Assembly: GCF_041551955.1 (NCBI RefSeq)
Contig: NZ_JBFELV010000001.1
Coordinates: forward strand, 1 to 54,467
Length of the DNA stretch: 54,467 bases
Source: Desulfosarcina sp.
GTDB taxonomy: Bacteria; Desulfobacterota; Desulfobacteria; Desulfobacterales; Desulfosarcinaceae
Reading direction: 5' to 3'
Every line of letters starts with the position of its first letter. The first letter of the stretch is position 1. A program made the position numbers and the translations under genes. This document shows positions 11,784 through 21,813 of the stretch, one piece after another. The notes under the pieces are model-generated. The model saw only the letters and a program-made list of their open reading frames with translations, was not told where the DNA came from and ran no database searches.

Positions 11784-13094
11784 ATGGTTGGCAGCGGATT
11801 CGGAAACATTTTCAAGATCCCCGAGCTCAAAAAACGCATTCTGTATACATTGGCCCTGCTTTTCGTATACAGAATCGGCGTTCATGTGCCGACGCCTGGA
11901 ATAGACACTGTCGCCCTGGCTTCCTTTTTTGCTCAAATGGAAGGAACCATTTTCGGCATATTCAACATGTTTTCCGGCGGCGCACTGGAGCAGCTTTCCG
12001 TATTCGCCTTGGGCATCATGCCCTACATTAGTGCCTCGATCATCCTGCAACTGCTCACCGTGGTGATTCCTCACCTGGAGCGGTTGAAAAATGAAGGCGA
12101 ACAAGGCCGAAAGAAAATTACGCAGTACACCCGATACGGCACCGTGGTGTTGAGTATTATTCAGGGCCTCGGGATCAGCATCGGGCTGGAAAGCATGACA
12201 TCACCGGGCGGCGCCGCCATCGTGATTGCACCGGGATGGGGATTCAGACTGATGACCGTGTTGACGCTGACCGCTGGAACGGCCTTCATCATGTGGCTCG
12301 GCGAACAGATTACCGAACGAGGGATTGGTAATGGCATATCGTTGATCATTTTTGCGGGTATTGTTGCCGGCATTCCTTCGGCGATCCTCAACACATTCCG
12401 GCTGATGTCCACCGGCGAAATGAACATTTTCGCCATTGTTATCCTTGTGGTTCTTATGGTTCTCGTCGTTGGTTTCATTATTTTTGTGGAGCAAGGACAG
12501 CGCCGTATCCCGGTACAGTATGCCAAGCGGGTGGTCGGGCGACGCATGTATGGGGGGCAGAGCACGCACCTGCCGCTCAAGATAAATACATCAGGAGTTA
12601 TTCCTCCGATTTTTGCTTCTTCGATCATCATGTTTCCGGCGACCATCGCCAGTTTCATCACGATACCGTGGATGAAGACCATTGCCGATTCGATGCGGCC
12701 CGGCAACTTCTTCTACGAGCTGCTATACGTCGGATTTATATTCTTTTTCTGTTATTTCTACACGGCAGTGACGTTCAATCCGGTTGATGTGGCCGACAAC
12801 ATGAAAAAAAACGGCGGCTATATTCCGGGTATTCGGCCGGGGAAGCGCACTGCAGACTACATCGACCGAGTGCTGACCCGGATCACCCTTGGCGGCGCCA
12901 TCTATGTATCGGCGGTATGTGTGCTTCCATCCATTTTGATCAGTCGTTTTAACGTTCCCTTCTATTTCGGTGGAACAGCCCTATTGATCGTCGTCGGTGT
13001 AGCGATTGATACGGTGGCTCAGATGGAATCGCATATGCTCACCCGTCACTACGAGGGATTTTTAAAAAAGGGCGGCATCCGGGGAAGACGTTAA
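11784..13094 (+). CDS. secY: Preprotein translocase subunit SecY
   Basis: [41 protein letters not shown]. Confidence 0.99.
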   Translation: MVGSGFGNIFKIPELKKRILYTLALLFVYRIGVHVPTPGIDTVALASFFAQMEGTIFGIFNMFSGGALEQLSVFALGIMPYISASIILQLLTVVIPHLERLKNEGEQGRKKITQYTRYGTVVLSIIQGLGISIGLESMTSPGGAAIVIAPGWGFRLMTVLTLTAGTAFIMWLGEQITERGIGNGISLIIFAGIVAGIPSAILNTFRLMSTGEMNIFAIVILVVLMVLVVGFIIFVEQGQRRIPVQYAKRVVGRRMYGGQSTHLPLKINTSGVIPPIFASSIIMFPATIASFITIPWMKTIADSMRPGNFFYELLYVGFIFFFCYFYTAVTFNPVDVADNMKKNGGYIPGIRPGKRTADYIDRVLTRITLGGAIYVSAVCVLPSILISRFNVPFYFGGTALLIVVGVAIDTVAQMESHMLTRHYEGFLKKGGIRGRR

Positions 13095-13168
13095 GCAATC
13101 CGTGGGGAGATCACGGTTCGAAATATACTTGATCTTCAATTACACAACGACACATGCAGGAGACAGGA

Positions 13169-13387
13169 ATGCCCAAGGAAGAGGCCATCAAAGTTGAAGG
13201 CATTGTTTTGGAAACGCTGCCGAACGCGATGTTCAAGGTCGAGTTGGAAAACAAACACCAAGTCTTGGCGCATATCTCCGGAAAAATGAGAATGCATTTT
13301 ATTAAGATTTTACCTGGAGACAAGGTTACGGTAGAGCTTTCCCCCTATGACTTGTCCCGGGGACGAATCACCTATCGTTCAAAATAA
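13169..13387 (+). CDS. infA: Translation initiation factor IF-1
   Basis: MPKEEAI...LPNAMF...[10 protein letters not shown]; start moved to ATG 13169, giving the typical 72 aa. Confidence 0.98.
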   Translation: MPKEEAIKVEGIVLETLPNAMFKVELENKHQVLAHISGKMRMHFIKILPGDKVTVELSPYDLSRGRITYRSK

Positions 13388-13469
13388 CTGGCAAGGGTCC
13401 GCACCCCATGAACGGAAGACTGGCAACTAGCGATCAACCCATTTGCCCTGCGGTACGAAGGAGTAGACA

Positions 13470-13583
13470 ATGAAGGTCAGAGCATCCGTTAGAAAGATTT
13501 GCAGCAAGTGCAAAATCATCAAGCGAAAAGGAACCGTTCGGGTTATCTGCGAGAACAAGAGACACAAACAGAGGCAAGGTTAG
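13470..13583 (+). CDS. rpmJ: 50S ribosomal protein L36 (absent from the ORF track)
   Basis: Hand translation [37 protein letters not shown]; SD AAGGAG upstream. Confidence 0.98.
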   Translation: MKVRASVRKICSKCKIIKRKGTVRVICENKRHKQRQG

Positions 13584-13596
13584 AGGAGGTTGAACT

Positions 13597-13977
13597 TTGG
13601 CAAGAATCGCTGGTGTAGACTTACCTAGACGTAAACGGATAGAAATCGGACTGACCTATATCTATGGTATTGGAAGAACTGCTTCCAATCGGATCCTGAG
13701 CAAGCTTAAAATCGATCCGAATACCAATACAGACGATCTTTCCGAAGCAGAGATCAACAACATCCGTAAGGTAATCGATAGTGAACTTAAAGTAGAAGGG
13801 GAGCTTCGAACAGAAGTTTCCATGAACATCAAACGGCTTATGGACCTGGGCTGCTACCGCGGACTCAGGCACCGACGATCCTTGCCGGTACATGGCCAGC
13901 GGACCAGCACCAACGCCAGAACGCGGAAAGGCCCCAAACGGTCCGCGATCAAGAAAAAGAGCGCCGCCAAAAAGTAA
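13597..13977 (+). CDS. rpsM: 30S ribosomal protein S13 (TTG start)
   Basis: [24 protein letters not shown]. Confidence 0.99.
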   Translation: MARIAGVDLPRRKRIEIGLTYIYGIGRTASNRILSKLKIDPNTNTDDLSEAEINNIRKVIDSELKVEGELRTEVSMNIKRLMDLGCYRGLRHRRSLPVHGQRTSTNARTRKGPKRSAIKKKSAAKK

Positions 13978-14002
13978 TCCACCATCTGTCAGGAATTGAT
14001 AA

Positions 14003-14389
14003 ATGCCTAAAAAGACCAAAATGAAAAAAAAGGAAAGAAAGAACATCTCCAGTGGGGTTGTTCATATTCAATCCACGTTTAACAACACGATCGTTACGAT
14101 AACCGACGCCATGGGCAACGTGGTTTCATGGTCCAGCGCAGGTGTTCACGGGTTCAAGGGATCGCGAAAGAGCACTCCTTTCGCTGCCCAGTTGACCGCG
14201 GAAGATGCCGCCAAAAAAGCCATGGAACATGGTATGAAAAGTGTTGAAGTGTATGTCAAGGGGCCGGGTTCCGGCCGCGAATCTGCGCTTCGCGCACTTC
14301 AGGCTGCGGGTTTTAATGTCCTCATGATCAAGGATGTCACCCCGATTCCCCACAACGGTTGCCGACCGCCCAAGAGGAGAAGGGTGTAA
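14003..14389 (+). CDS. rpsK: 30S ribosomal protein S11
   Basis: [27 protein letters not shown]. Confidence 0.99.
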   Translation: MPKKTKMKKKERKNISSGVVHIQSTFNNTIVTITDAMGNVVSWSSAGVHGFKGSRKSTPFAAQLTAEDAAKKAMEHGMKSVEVYVKGPGSGRESALRALQAAGFNVLMIKDVTPIPHNGCRPPKRRRV

Positions 14390-14457
14390 GCGGCTTACCG
14401 TGGATGCTTGACATACGAAACGCGCCACACAAAGTTCTGGTTTAAAAGGAGGACGAA

Positions 14458-15087
14458 TTGGCCCGATACAGAGGTTCCGTCTGCAGGATATGCCGACGTG
14501 AAAATATGAAATTGTTTTTAAAGGGAGACCGCTGCTATTCTGATAAATGCGCATTTGATCGGAGAGGCTACGCCCCCGGTCAGCATGGGCAGCGGCGTCG
14601 AGGCAAACCCTCGGACTACGGCATTCAGCTTCGTGAGAAACAGAAAGTCAAGAACACGTATGGCCTTTCCGAAAAGCAGTTCAGGCTCTTTTTCGAAAAG
14701 GCCGATCGGAAAAAGGGTATCACCGGCACGAACTTGCTGGTCCTTCTCGAACGCCGCTTGGATAACGTTGTTTACCGTCTTGGCTTCGCCAATTCCAGAA
14801 CACAGGGTCGCCATTTCGTCCGGCACAACCATTTTGTGGTCAACGGAAAACGGGTCAACATCCCTTCCTACCTGGTAAATGTCGGCGACACGGTAGAGGT
14901 GTCTGAAAAAAGCAGAAAGGTTCAGGCCATCGTTGATTCTCTGGATGCGGTGATTCGAAGGGGGCTGCCACAGTGGATCTCCGTTGAAAAGGAGAAGTTC
15001 AGAGGCGAAATCAAAAGCTTTCCAGTTCGCGAAGACCTTACTCTACCGATGCAGGAACAACTCATTGTCGAGCTCTACTCCAAATAA
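14458..15087 (+). CDS. rpsD: 30S ribosomal protein S4 (TTG start)
   Basis: [25 protein letters not shown]. Confidence 0.99.
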   Translation: MARYRGSVCRICRRENMKLFLKGDRCYSDKCAFDRRGYAPGQHGQRRRGKPSDYGIQLREKQKVKNTYGLSEKQFRLFFEKADRKKGITGTNLLVLLERRLDNVVYRLGFANSRTQGRHFVRHNHFVVNGKRVNIPSYLVNVGDTVEVSEKSRKVQAIVDSLDAVIRRGLPQWISVEKEKFRGEIKSFPVREDLTLPMQEQLIVELYSK

Positions 15088-15167
15088 ATGGGTCGTTTGA
15101 TTGTTGAGCATGTAACTTTTGAGGAAACATTTCTGCATTGATTTTAAATCCGTCTGGAGAAAATGTA

Positions 15168-16187
15168 ATGGTTAAAAACGAACTTATGTACATGAACTGG
15201 CGTGAAATGATCAAATCCGAAAGAATCCGCGTCAGCAGTACCGAAGCGTATGGTAAGTTTGTATGTGAACCGCTGGAAAGAGGATTCGGTATAACCCTTG
15301 GGAATTCCTTGAGAAGAACTATTCTTTCGTCTTTATACGGTGCTGCCATCGTATCCGTCCAGTTCGAATCAGTAGAGCATGAGTTCAGTGTTATTCCCGG
15401 TGTGAATGAGGACGTATCCGAGATCATTTTGAACCTCAAAGAGGTCCGTCTTAAGATGGATGACGCCACACCGCGAACCATCCGGATCGAAGCTTCCGGT
15501 GAAGGGGTCGTGACTGCCAAAGACATCACCAGCGATGACGGACACGTGGAGGTCCTGAACCCTGAACAGCACATTGCCACGCTTGCCGCGGACGGCAGTT
15601 TGAAAATGACCATGGTGGTCAAGGCGGGTAAGGGATACTCACTTGCGGAGGCGAACAAAGATGAGGAAGCACCGATCGGCACGATACCCATCGACGCGGT
15701 CTTTTCTCCGGTCAAACGGGTCAATTACGTAGTGGGCAATGCACGTGTCGGGCAACGTACCGATTACGACAAGCTCACCCTGGAAGTGTGGACCGACGGT
15801 AGTGTGGCTCCTGAAGATGCCGTTGCTTTCAGCTCAAAAATTCTTAAGGAGCAGCTGAGCATTTTTATCAATTTCGACGAAGATGCCGAACCGCAGCATG
15901 ATGGCAATGAGGATGAATCGGAGAAGCCGGCGTTCAATGACAACCTTTACCGAAGCGTCGAGGAGCTCGAACTGTCGGTGAGAAGCGCCAATTGTCTCAA
16001 GAATGCCGAGATCCTGAAAATATACCAGCTTGTTCAAAAAACTGAGAACGAGATGCTCAAAACCAAAAATTTCGGACGAAAATCGCTTAATGAAATTAAG
16101 GAGGTTCTGTCTGAAATGGGGCTCTCGTTGGGAATGAAAATTGACAGCTGTGTTCCGCCTGACGAATCCGTCGAAGAAGGGGAGTAA
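15168..16187 (+). CDS. rpoA: RNA polymerase alpha subunit
   Basis: [33 protein letters not shown]; start at ATG 15168 after GGAG. Confidence 0.98.
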   Translation: MVKNELMYMNWREMIKSERIRVSSTEAYGKFVCEPLERGFGITLGNSLRRTILSSLYGAAIVSVQFESVEHEFSVIPGVNEDVSEIILNLKEVRLKMDDATPRTIRIEASGEGVVTAKDITSDDGHVEVLNPEQHIATLAADGSLKMTMVVKAGKGYSLAEANKDEEAPIGTIPIDAVFSPVKRVNYVVGNARVGQRTDYDKLTLEVWTDGSVAPEDAVAFSSKILKEQLSIFINFDEDAEPQHDGNEDESEKPAFNDNLYRSVEELELSVRSANCLKNAEILKIYQLVQKTENEMLKTKNFGRKSLNEIKEVLSEMGLSLGMKIDSCVPPDESVEEGE

Positions 16188-16195
16188 ACGTTCCA

Positions 16196-16804
16196 ATGAG
16201 ACATAGAAAAAGCGTTGTAAAACTCAATCGAACCACGAGCCACAGACAGGCGATGTTCAGAAACATGGTGACCTCGCTGCTCAAGCACGATCGCATCAAA
16301 ACCACCGATGCCAAGGCCAAAGAGCTTCGCAGGTGGGCCGATCACATCGTAACGCTGGCTAAACGGGGCGACCTTCATGCCAGGCGGCTGGCCATGTCCA
16401 TCGTTCGCGAAAAAGATGTCGTGCATAAAATTTTTGAAGAGGCCGCTGAACGATTCGGATCAATCAACGGCGGCTATACCCGTATCGTAAAGATCGGTCG
16501 GCGGCCGGGCGATGCTGCGGCCATGACCCTTGTCGAACTAGTCAGTTCCGATGGCGCGAAGCCGGCCAAGACCAAAAAGACCCGGACGAAGGCCGAGGAC
16601 AAACCGGTTGCTGCCGAAACCAAAGCGACGGCGACTGCACCGGCTGCCAAGGAGACGAAGGAAGCGGTCGTCGATGACAGCCCAGACGAAGCCAAGGACG
16701 CCAACGCGGAACCGGTTGCTGCTGAATCGAAGGCCGCCGCCGCGGTTCAGGTTGCAGAAGAAGATTCCAAGGCGACCGCCGATCCTGGCGAAACTGAAAA
16801 ATAA
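16196..16804 (+). CDS. rplQ: 50S ribosomal protein L17 with a long low-complexity C-terminal tail
   Basis: [22 protein letters not shown]; ~85-aa Ala/Lys/Glu/Thr-rich extension. Confidence 0.97.
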   Translation: MRHRKSVVKLNRTTSHRQAMFRNMVTSLLKHDRIKTTDAKAKELRRWADHIVTLAKRGDLHARRLAMSIVREKDVVHKIFEEAAERFGSINGGYTRIVKIGRRPGDAAAMTLVELVSSDGAKPAKTKKTRTKAEDKPVAAETKATATAPAAKETKEAVVDDSPDEAKDANAEPVAAESKAAAAVQVAEEDSKATADPGETEK

Positions 16805-16833
16805 GCACCTCGGCCGTTTGCTCCTTTCTTTTT

Positions 16834-16863
16834 AAGGCCCTGATCAATCAGGGCCTTTTTTTT
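16834..16863 (+). terminator. Rho-independent terminator closing the ribosomal superoperon
   Basis: AAGGCCCTGAT-ca-ATCAGGGCCTT inverted repeat followed by a T run. Confidence 0.9.
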
Positions 16864-16921
16864 CTTCATTTTTTTCATCGATTAAATGTTTTGACTTTTT
16901 CTCCATATTTCCTTAAATGTT

Positions 16922-17134
16922 GCTACTGTCTATCATCTTCAGTCTGGTGCGTTTTCGCAAGCGGGCTGAGGCAGCAACGCCATTTCCTTCCTGCTTGAGG
17001 TAGATGAAGCCATCGATCTAAACATCGATCGGGTTAAAACCCGATTTTCTGAGCGCTAGGCTACTTTTGGCCGTGCCGGCCAAGGTTTTTCAGCAAGATC
17101 CCGATTGTCTCGTGGCACCTTAAAAGACAGTAGT
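16922..17134 (+). ncRNA. Candidate structured RNA or leader of unknown class
   Basis: Ends pair (CTACTGTCT 16923-31 with AGACAGTAG 17125-33) around several hairpins; TTGACT at 16891 upstream; no ORF. Confidence 0.3.
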
Positions 17135-17262
17135 GGGTTTCATTTGATGAATCATCTTTAAAACTTTTACTTGACTTAAAAAATTAGTAGCTGTTAAGTA
17201 GCTGGTATGTAGCTTGGCATAGGTCATTCTTTCAACAGCGCGTGAACAAAAGGAGGGGCCGG

Positions 17263-18345
17263 ATGATGGGTAACAGAACCGTGAAGATGGCATGTGTGGT
17301 GTTGGTGGTGATTGGTTTGTGGATCAGCCCTGTAATTGCAGCCGGGCCGTCTCTGGATGCGTGGAAACCAAGTTTTGATCCGTCGGGTGCCAAATACAAA
17401 TGCATTGTTTCCAATGTGTCGCATCCGGTGATCAAGGGTGTGTATGCCGGGTTCGCCATCCGTGACGAACTATGGAAGCGCACCAACGGTCAGATCTACC
17501 TGGACTACAAACCCTTTTCCATGCTGGGTGGTGAGGTTGAGGTCCTCAATCAATTACAGATGGGCGCCATCCAGGGCATGGGCGTCAGCTCTGTCGCAGC
17601 GACCAACCTGGGGCCGCGTTTCGGTGTGGTCAACCTGCCCTTTCTGATCGACTCGTTCGAGAAATTGGATAAATTTGCCGGGAGCGGACAGCTGTTCGAC
17701 CATTTCATGATGGCCATGGATCATCAGGGCATCATGGGACTGGACATCACCGGTTACGGAAACTATGGCTGGGCAACGACCACGCCGGTAAAAACGATCT
17801 CCGACGCCAAGAAAGTCAAGTTCCGCATCGCCGAGGCGGCAGTCAACCAGCTCAATTACAGTAACTGGGGGTTCAATCCCGTGGTGATGCCGTGGCCCGA
17901 TGTGCCGGTGGCATTGAAACAGGGTGTCATCGACGGGCTGGATCATACGCCGATGGTCTGCAATATTACCAAGAAATTCGAAGTCGCCAAGTACTTCACC
18001 CAGTTGAATTATGCCCAGGGACTGTTTATCTGGATATTCAACAAGGCTTGGTTCAACAGCCTGCCCGCGGATCTCCAGAAAACATTCAAGGAAACGGTGC
18101 ATGACGTCTGCGCCAAGATCCGAATCGAAACCGTCCAGCAGGAAACCGATGAAATTGAAAAGGCCAAAGCCGCCGATATCGAGTTTTTCAAGCTTCCGGA
18201 TGCCGATATGGCAACGCTCAAAGCCCAGGGTGACAAGACGCACCAGGCTTTCGCTGCAGAAATAAACAAACTCTATAAGGGAGACACCTACCGGCCGGCC
18301 AATTTTCTAGAAGAGGTTCAAGGCTTCATCGGCTACACCAAATAA
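17263..18345 (+). CDS. dctP: TRAP transporter substrate-binding protein (DctP family)
   Basis: Signal peptide, LGGEVEVLNQLQMG, KFRI (carboxylate-binding Arg), ALKQGVIDG; SD AGGAGG at 17251. Confidence 0.93.
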   Translation: MMGNRTVKMACVVLVVIGLWISPVIAAGPSLDAWKPSFDPSGAKYKCIVSNVSHPVIKGVYAGFAIRDELWKRTNGQIYLDYKPFSMLGGEVEVLNQLQMGAIQGMGVSSVAATNLGPRFGVVNLPFLIDSFEKLDKFAGSGQLFDHFMMAMDHQGIMGLDITGYGNYGWATTTPVKTISDAKKVKFRIAEAAVNQLNYSNWGFNPVVMPWPDVPVALKQGVIDGLDHTPMVCNITKKFEVAKYFTQLNYAQGLFIWIFNKAWFNSLPADLQKTFKETVHDVCAKIRIETVQQETDEIEKAKAADIEFFKLPDADMATLKAQGDKTHQAFAAEINKLYKGDTYRPANFLEEVQGFIGYTK

Positions 18346-18368
18346 GTTCTTCATGTAAATCACATCTT

Positions 18369-18407
18369 GACAAAAGGGGGTTTCCAATGCTGAAACCCCC
18401 TTTTGTC
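18369..18407 (+). terminator. Strong hairpin between dctP and dctQ (partial terminator or mRNA stabiliser)
   Basis: Perfect 16-bp stem GACAAAAGGGGGTTTC / GAAACCCCCTTTTGTC with a 7-nt loop. Confidence 0.75.
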
Positions 18408-18433
18408 TATAACGCCATGGCAAAGGACCGTTG

Positions 18434-18937
18434 ATGACTGGTAAGATGTTCAGTGTGTTGGATAAGGCACTATCCTTCTTCGAGGACTGGACGCTGTTTG
18501 TCAGCGTCATGGTGGCGCTGATCGCCCTTTTTTTCAACGTGGTGCTTCGTTACGGGTTCAATTATACGTTGGCCTGGTCTGAAGAACTGGTTCGTGAGGT
18601 GATCATCTACACCACTTTTATCGGATGTTGCGCAGCGGTAAAAAAACGCTCCATGATCAAGATCGATGCATCGGTGCAACTGTTCCCCAAACTAAAAACA
18701 CCGTTGACCTATTTCAGTAACACAGTGATCCTGATCTTTTCTGTAATGATGATGGTTTATGGGTGGCAAATGGCCGCCATGCAGGCCAGAACGTTTCAAA
18801 AGACCCTGATTCTTCAGATTCCGCTGGTCTATCTGTATGCCATTTTGCCTTTAACCGGCGTGTTGATGTTCATTCGAACGCTGCAGGTTATTTACCAGGA
18901 TTTCAAGCAAACTGAAGCGGAAGCTGAACGCGCCTGA
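18434..18937 (+). CDS. dctQ: TRAP transporter small permease (DctQ family)
   Basis: Four TM segments, NVVLRY, WSEELVR. Confidence 0.92.
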   Translation: MTGKMFSVLDKALSFFEDWTLFVSVMVALIALFFNVVLRYGFNYTLAWSEELVREVIIYTTFIGCCAAVKKRSMIKIDASVQLFPKLKTPLTYFSNTVILIFSVMMMVYGWQMAAMQARTFQKTLILQIPLVYLYAILPLTGVLMFIRTLQVIYQDFKQTEAEAERA

Positions 18938-18972
18938 ACCAACCGGAGCAGAAAACAAGGAGATTTCCTTTT

Positions 18973-20265
18973 ATGCAGCTCAACGACTTGATCCTCCTAC
19001 TGATTCTGTTGGGGTGTATGGCCACCTACATCCCTGTTTTCATGTGCCTTTTTTTTACGGCCGTCCTTGGATTCCTCTTCTTTACGGACATCCCCCTGCT
19101 TTTGCTGTTTCAGACCATCTTTCGCAGCATGGACAATTTTGCCCTGGTCGTGGTGCTGTTTTTCATCCTGTGCGGAAATATCATGACGGCCGGATCCATT
19201 GTCGAAAAACTGATCAAAGTGGCCAACGCGATGGTCAGCTGGCTGCCGGGGGGGTTGGGCATGGCGGGCGTCCTGGCCTGCGGACTCTTCGGCGCCATAT
19301 CAGGGTCCACCGTCGCCACCGTGGTGGCCTTAGGTGGGTTCATGATCCCCGCACTGCTGGAAAACGGATATCCGGAAAAGTATACGCTCGGGTTGATGAC
19401 CACCTCGCCTAACCTTGGGGTCATCATCCCTCCGAGTATCGGCATGATCCTTTTCTCCATGATCAGCAACGTATCCCTCGAAGGGCTGTTTCTTACCGGC
19501 TTTTTGCCCGGTGTTTTGATCATGCTGCTGGTTTGCCTGTATTCCTATTTCTTTTTCCGCAATAAAAAAGAGATTGTACGCATGCCGATGCCCTCCTTCA
19601 AGGAGACCCTTGTCGTGTTCAAGGAGGGCTTCTGGTCGCTGATGCTGCCGGTGATCATTTTCGGAGGAATTTTTTCGGGTGTCTTTACCGCCAACGAAGC
19701 GGCGGTGGTGGCGTGTGTGTATGCCTTTATCGTCGAGCTGTTCATCCATAAATCCATGAAATTGAGCCAGGTGAAGCAGATCACGATTAATTCCGCGGTC
19801 ACCTCGGCAACGCTTCTGATCATCGTCGCCGGGGCCACCTGTTTCGGCAGGCTGCTGACCCTTGAAAGCATCCCCGGCAGAATTACCGAGACGGTGCTTT
19901 CGGCCATCACCTCTCCGGCGGTTTTTCTGATCGCCATGAACATCCTGCTGCTGATCGTGGGCATGTTCATGGACATCATTTCGGCTACCATGATTCTTGG
20001 CCCGGTATTCCTGCCCATGCTGAATGCATTCGACATCAACTGGATGCATTTCGGGCTGATCATGACGGTGAATCTGGCTATCGGATACTGCACACCCCCC
20101 ATGGGCGTAAGCCTGTACATCACCGGGGCTATCGCCAACCGGGATCTGATTTACGTATCCAAGGCGGTGCTGCCTTTTATCGCCATCCAAATCTTTGTCC
20201 TTCTGTTGATCACATTTCTTCCCGATGTGGTCTTATGGTTCCCCAGAATGATGGGGTTCAACTAA
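18973..20265 (+). CDS. dctM: TRAP transporter large permease (DctM family)
   Basis: FGAISGSTVAT, IIPPSIGMI, FTANEAA, TPPMG. Confidence 0.95.
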   Translation: MQLNDLILLLILLGCMATYIPVFMCLFFTAVLGFLFFTDIPLLLLFQTIFRSMDNFALVVVLFFILCGNIMTAGSIVEKLIKVANAMVSWLPGGLGMAGVLACGLFGAISGSTVATVVALGGFMIPALLENGYPEKYTLGLMTTSPNLGVIIPPSIGMILFSMISNVSLEGLFLTGFLPGVLIMLLVCLYSYFFFRNKKEIVRMPMPSFKETLVVFKEGFWSLMLPVIIFGGIFSGVFTANEAAVVACVYAFIVELFIHKSMKLSQVKQITINSAVTSATLLIIVAGATCFGRLLTLESIPGRITETVLSAITSPAVFLIAMNILLLIVGMFMDIISATMILGPVFLPMLNAFDINWMHFGLIMTVNLAIGYCTPPMGVSLYITGAIANRDLIYVSKAVLPFIAIQIFVLLLITFLPDVVLWFPRMMGFN

Positions 20266-20489
20266 AAGCCATGGACTTCATCATGACGCAAGCTTGCCTT
20301 CTCGCGTCAGCCTTCCGGAGGCTGTATTTACGAACACGACCGTTTAGCCGCACGGTTTGCATCGGGGAGGGCGTCAAAGCCCCGGCCGATATCCCATTTC
20401 CCGGGATAGATTAACCGTGGCTTCAAGAATGCCGGTCAGGCATAAAGATCGGTGTGTTTGATCATGGTAGCGGAACTAAAGGAGATCTC

Positions 20490-21653
20490 ATGGATTTTCA
20501 GCTGAGCAAGGAACTGGAGATGCTGCGCAAAGCGGTGCGCGAGTTTGCCACCAAGCGGATCGCGCCCAACGCGGACCAGTGGGACAAGGACCACTACTTT
20601 CCCTATGAGGAGGCCATCAAGCCCATGGGGCAGCTGGGTTTTTTCGGCACGGTGATTCCCGAGGAATACGAGGGCGAGGACATGGGCTGGCTGGCGGCCA
20701 TGATCGTCACCGAGGAGATTGCGCGGGCGGCCAGTTCGCTGCGGGTGCAGGTGAACATGCAGGTACTGGGCTGCGCCTTCACCATTTTCACCTACGGCAC
20801 GGAGGCGCTGAAAAAGAAGTACATTCCGGGGTTGTGCACGGCCGACCTGATCGGTGGGTTCGGCATCACCGAGCCGGACGCCGGCTCGGATGTCATGGCC
20901 ATGGCGTCCACGGCCGTGGACAAGGGGGATCACTGGCTGATCAACGGCTCCAAGACCTGGATTTCCAACGCGGACGTGGCCGACGTGCTGATCTACTACG
21001 CTTACACCGATGCGGATGCGGGATCCAAGGGGCTGTCGGCTTTCGTGATCGAGCCTAAACATTTCAACGGCATCAAGACGACGCGGCTGGACAAGATGGG
21101 GTCCTTTTCGTCGCCGACCGGGGAGGTGTTTTTGGACAACACGCGGGTTCCCAAGGAGAACATCCTGGGCAAGCCGGGTGACGGTGCCAAGATCGTTTTC
21201 GGGTCGTTGAACCAGACCCGGCTCAGTGCGGCGGCCGGCGCCGTAGGTGTGGCCCAGGCCTGCCTGGACGTGGCGGTCAAGTACTGCAACGACCGCAAGC
21301 AGTTCGGCAAGCCCATCGGGCAGTACCAGATGAACCAGGACATGATCGCCCAGATGGCCACGGAGATCGAGGCGTCGCGGCTGTTGGTGTACAAGGCGGC
21401 CTGGGCCAAGGACCAGGGCCGGTTGAACAACGGCCTGGACGTGGCCATGGCCAAATACTTTGCCGGGGAGGCGGTGAGCAAGGCGTCCAACTATGCCATG
21501 CGCATCCTGGGGGCTTACGGGTACTCGACGGAGTATCCGGTGGCGCGGTTTTACCGTGACACGCCGACGTATTACATGGTGGAGGGGTCGGCGAACATCT
21601 GCAAGTGGATCATCGCCCTGGATCAGTTGGGGTATCGGAAGGCCAACCGCTAA
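20490..21653 (+). CDS. Glutaryl-CoA dehydrogenase, non-decarboxylating type (acyl-CoA dehydrogenase family)
   Basis: ITEPDAGSD, NGSKTWISN, RQFGKPIG; YYMVEGSAN has Val before the catalytic Glu, and LRVQVNM resembles the Desulfococcus enzyme as I recall it; SD GGAG before ATG 20490. Confidence 0.88.
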   Translation: MDFQLSKELEMLRKAVREFATKRIAPNADQWDKDHYFPYEEAIKPMGQLGFFGTVIPEEYEGEDMGWLAAMIVTEEIARAASSLRVQVNMQVLGCAFTIFTYGTEALKKKYIPGLCTADLIGGFGITEPDAGSDVMAMASTAVDKGDHWLINGSKTWISNADVADVLIYYAYTDADAGSKGLSAFVIEPKHFNGIKTTRLDKMGSFSSPTGEVFLDNTRVPKENILGKPGDGAKIVFGSLNQTRLSAAAGAVGVAQACLDVAVKYCNDRKQFGKPIGQYQMNQDMIAQMATEIEASRLLVYKAAWAKDQGRLNNGLDVAMAKYFAGEAVSKASNYAMRILGAYGYSTEYPVARFYRDTPTYYMVEGSANICKWIIALDQLGYRKANR

Positions 21654-21661
21654 TCCGTTTC

Positions 21662-21794
21662 TTCCAGAAATGCCCATTTTCCCGCCGAGCGGCGTTCTCC
21701 GTGGGTTTCCGGCTGCGGCGTACGACCCGTACGCCTCACCATCAACCCTTGTGCGGCCTTGCTCGACGAAAAAGTGGCTCATTTCTGAATTGGA
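21662..21794. mobile_element. MITE/REP-like intergenic hairpin element, copy A
   Basis: Imperfect terminal inverted repeats (CAGAAATG...CGCCGAGC / GCTCGACG...CATTTCTG); core CTGCGGCGTAC-N5-GTACGCCTCA at 21713-21738, shared with the 38260 element. Confidence 0.6.
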
Positions 21795-21813
21795 CATAGA
21801 AAGGACAGATGCT

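Noticed and set aside
16922-17134. Known riboswitch, 6S, SRP, tmRNA or tRNA
   Set aside because: I could not find the diagnostic conserved motifs by eye, so it is kept only as an unclassified candidate.
21493-21813. N-terminal extension of the CMD-family ORF
   Set aside because: It overlaps the dehydrogenase gene and runs through the repeat element. The real start is likely GTG 21814.
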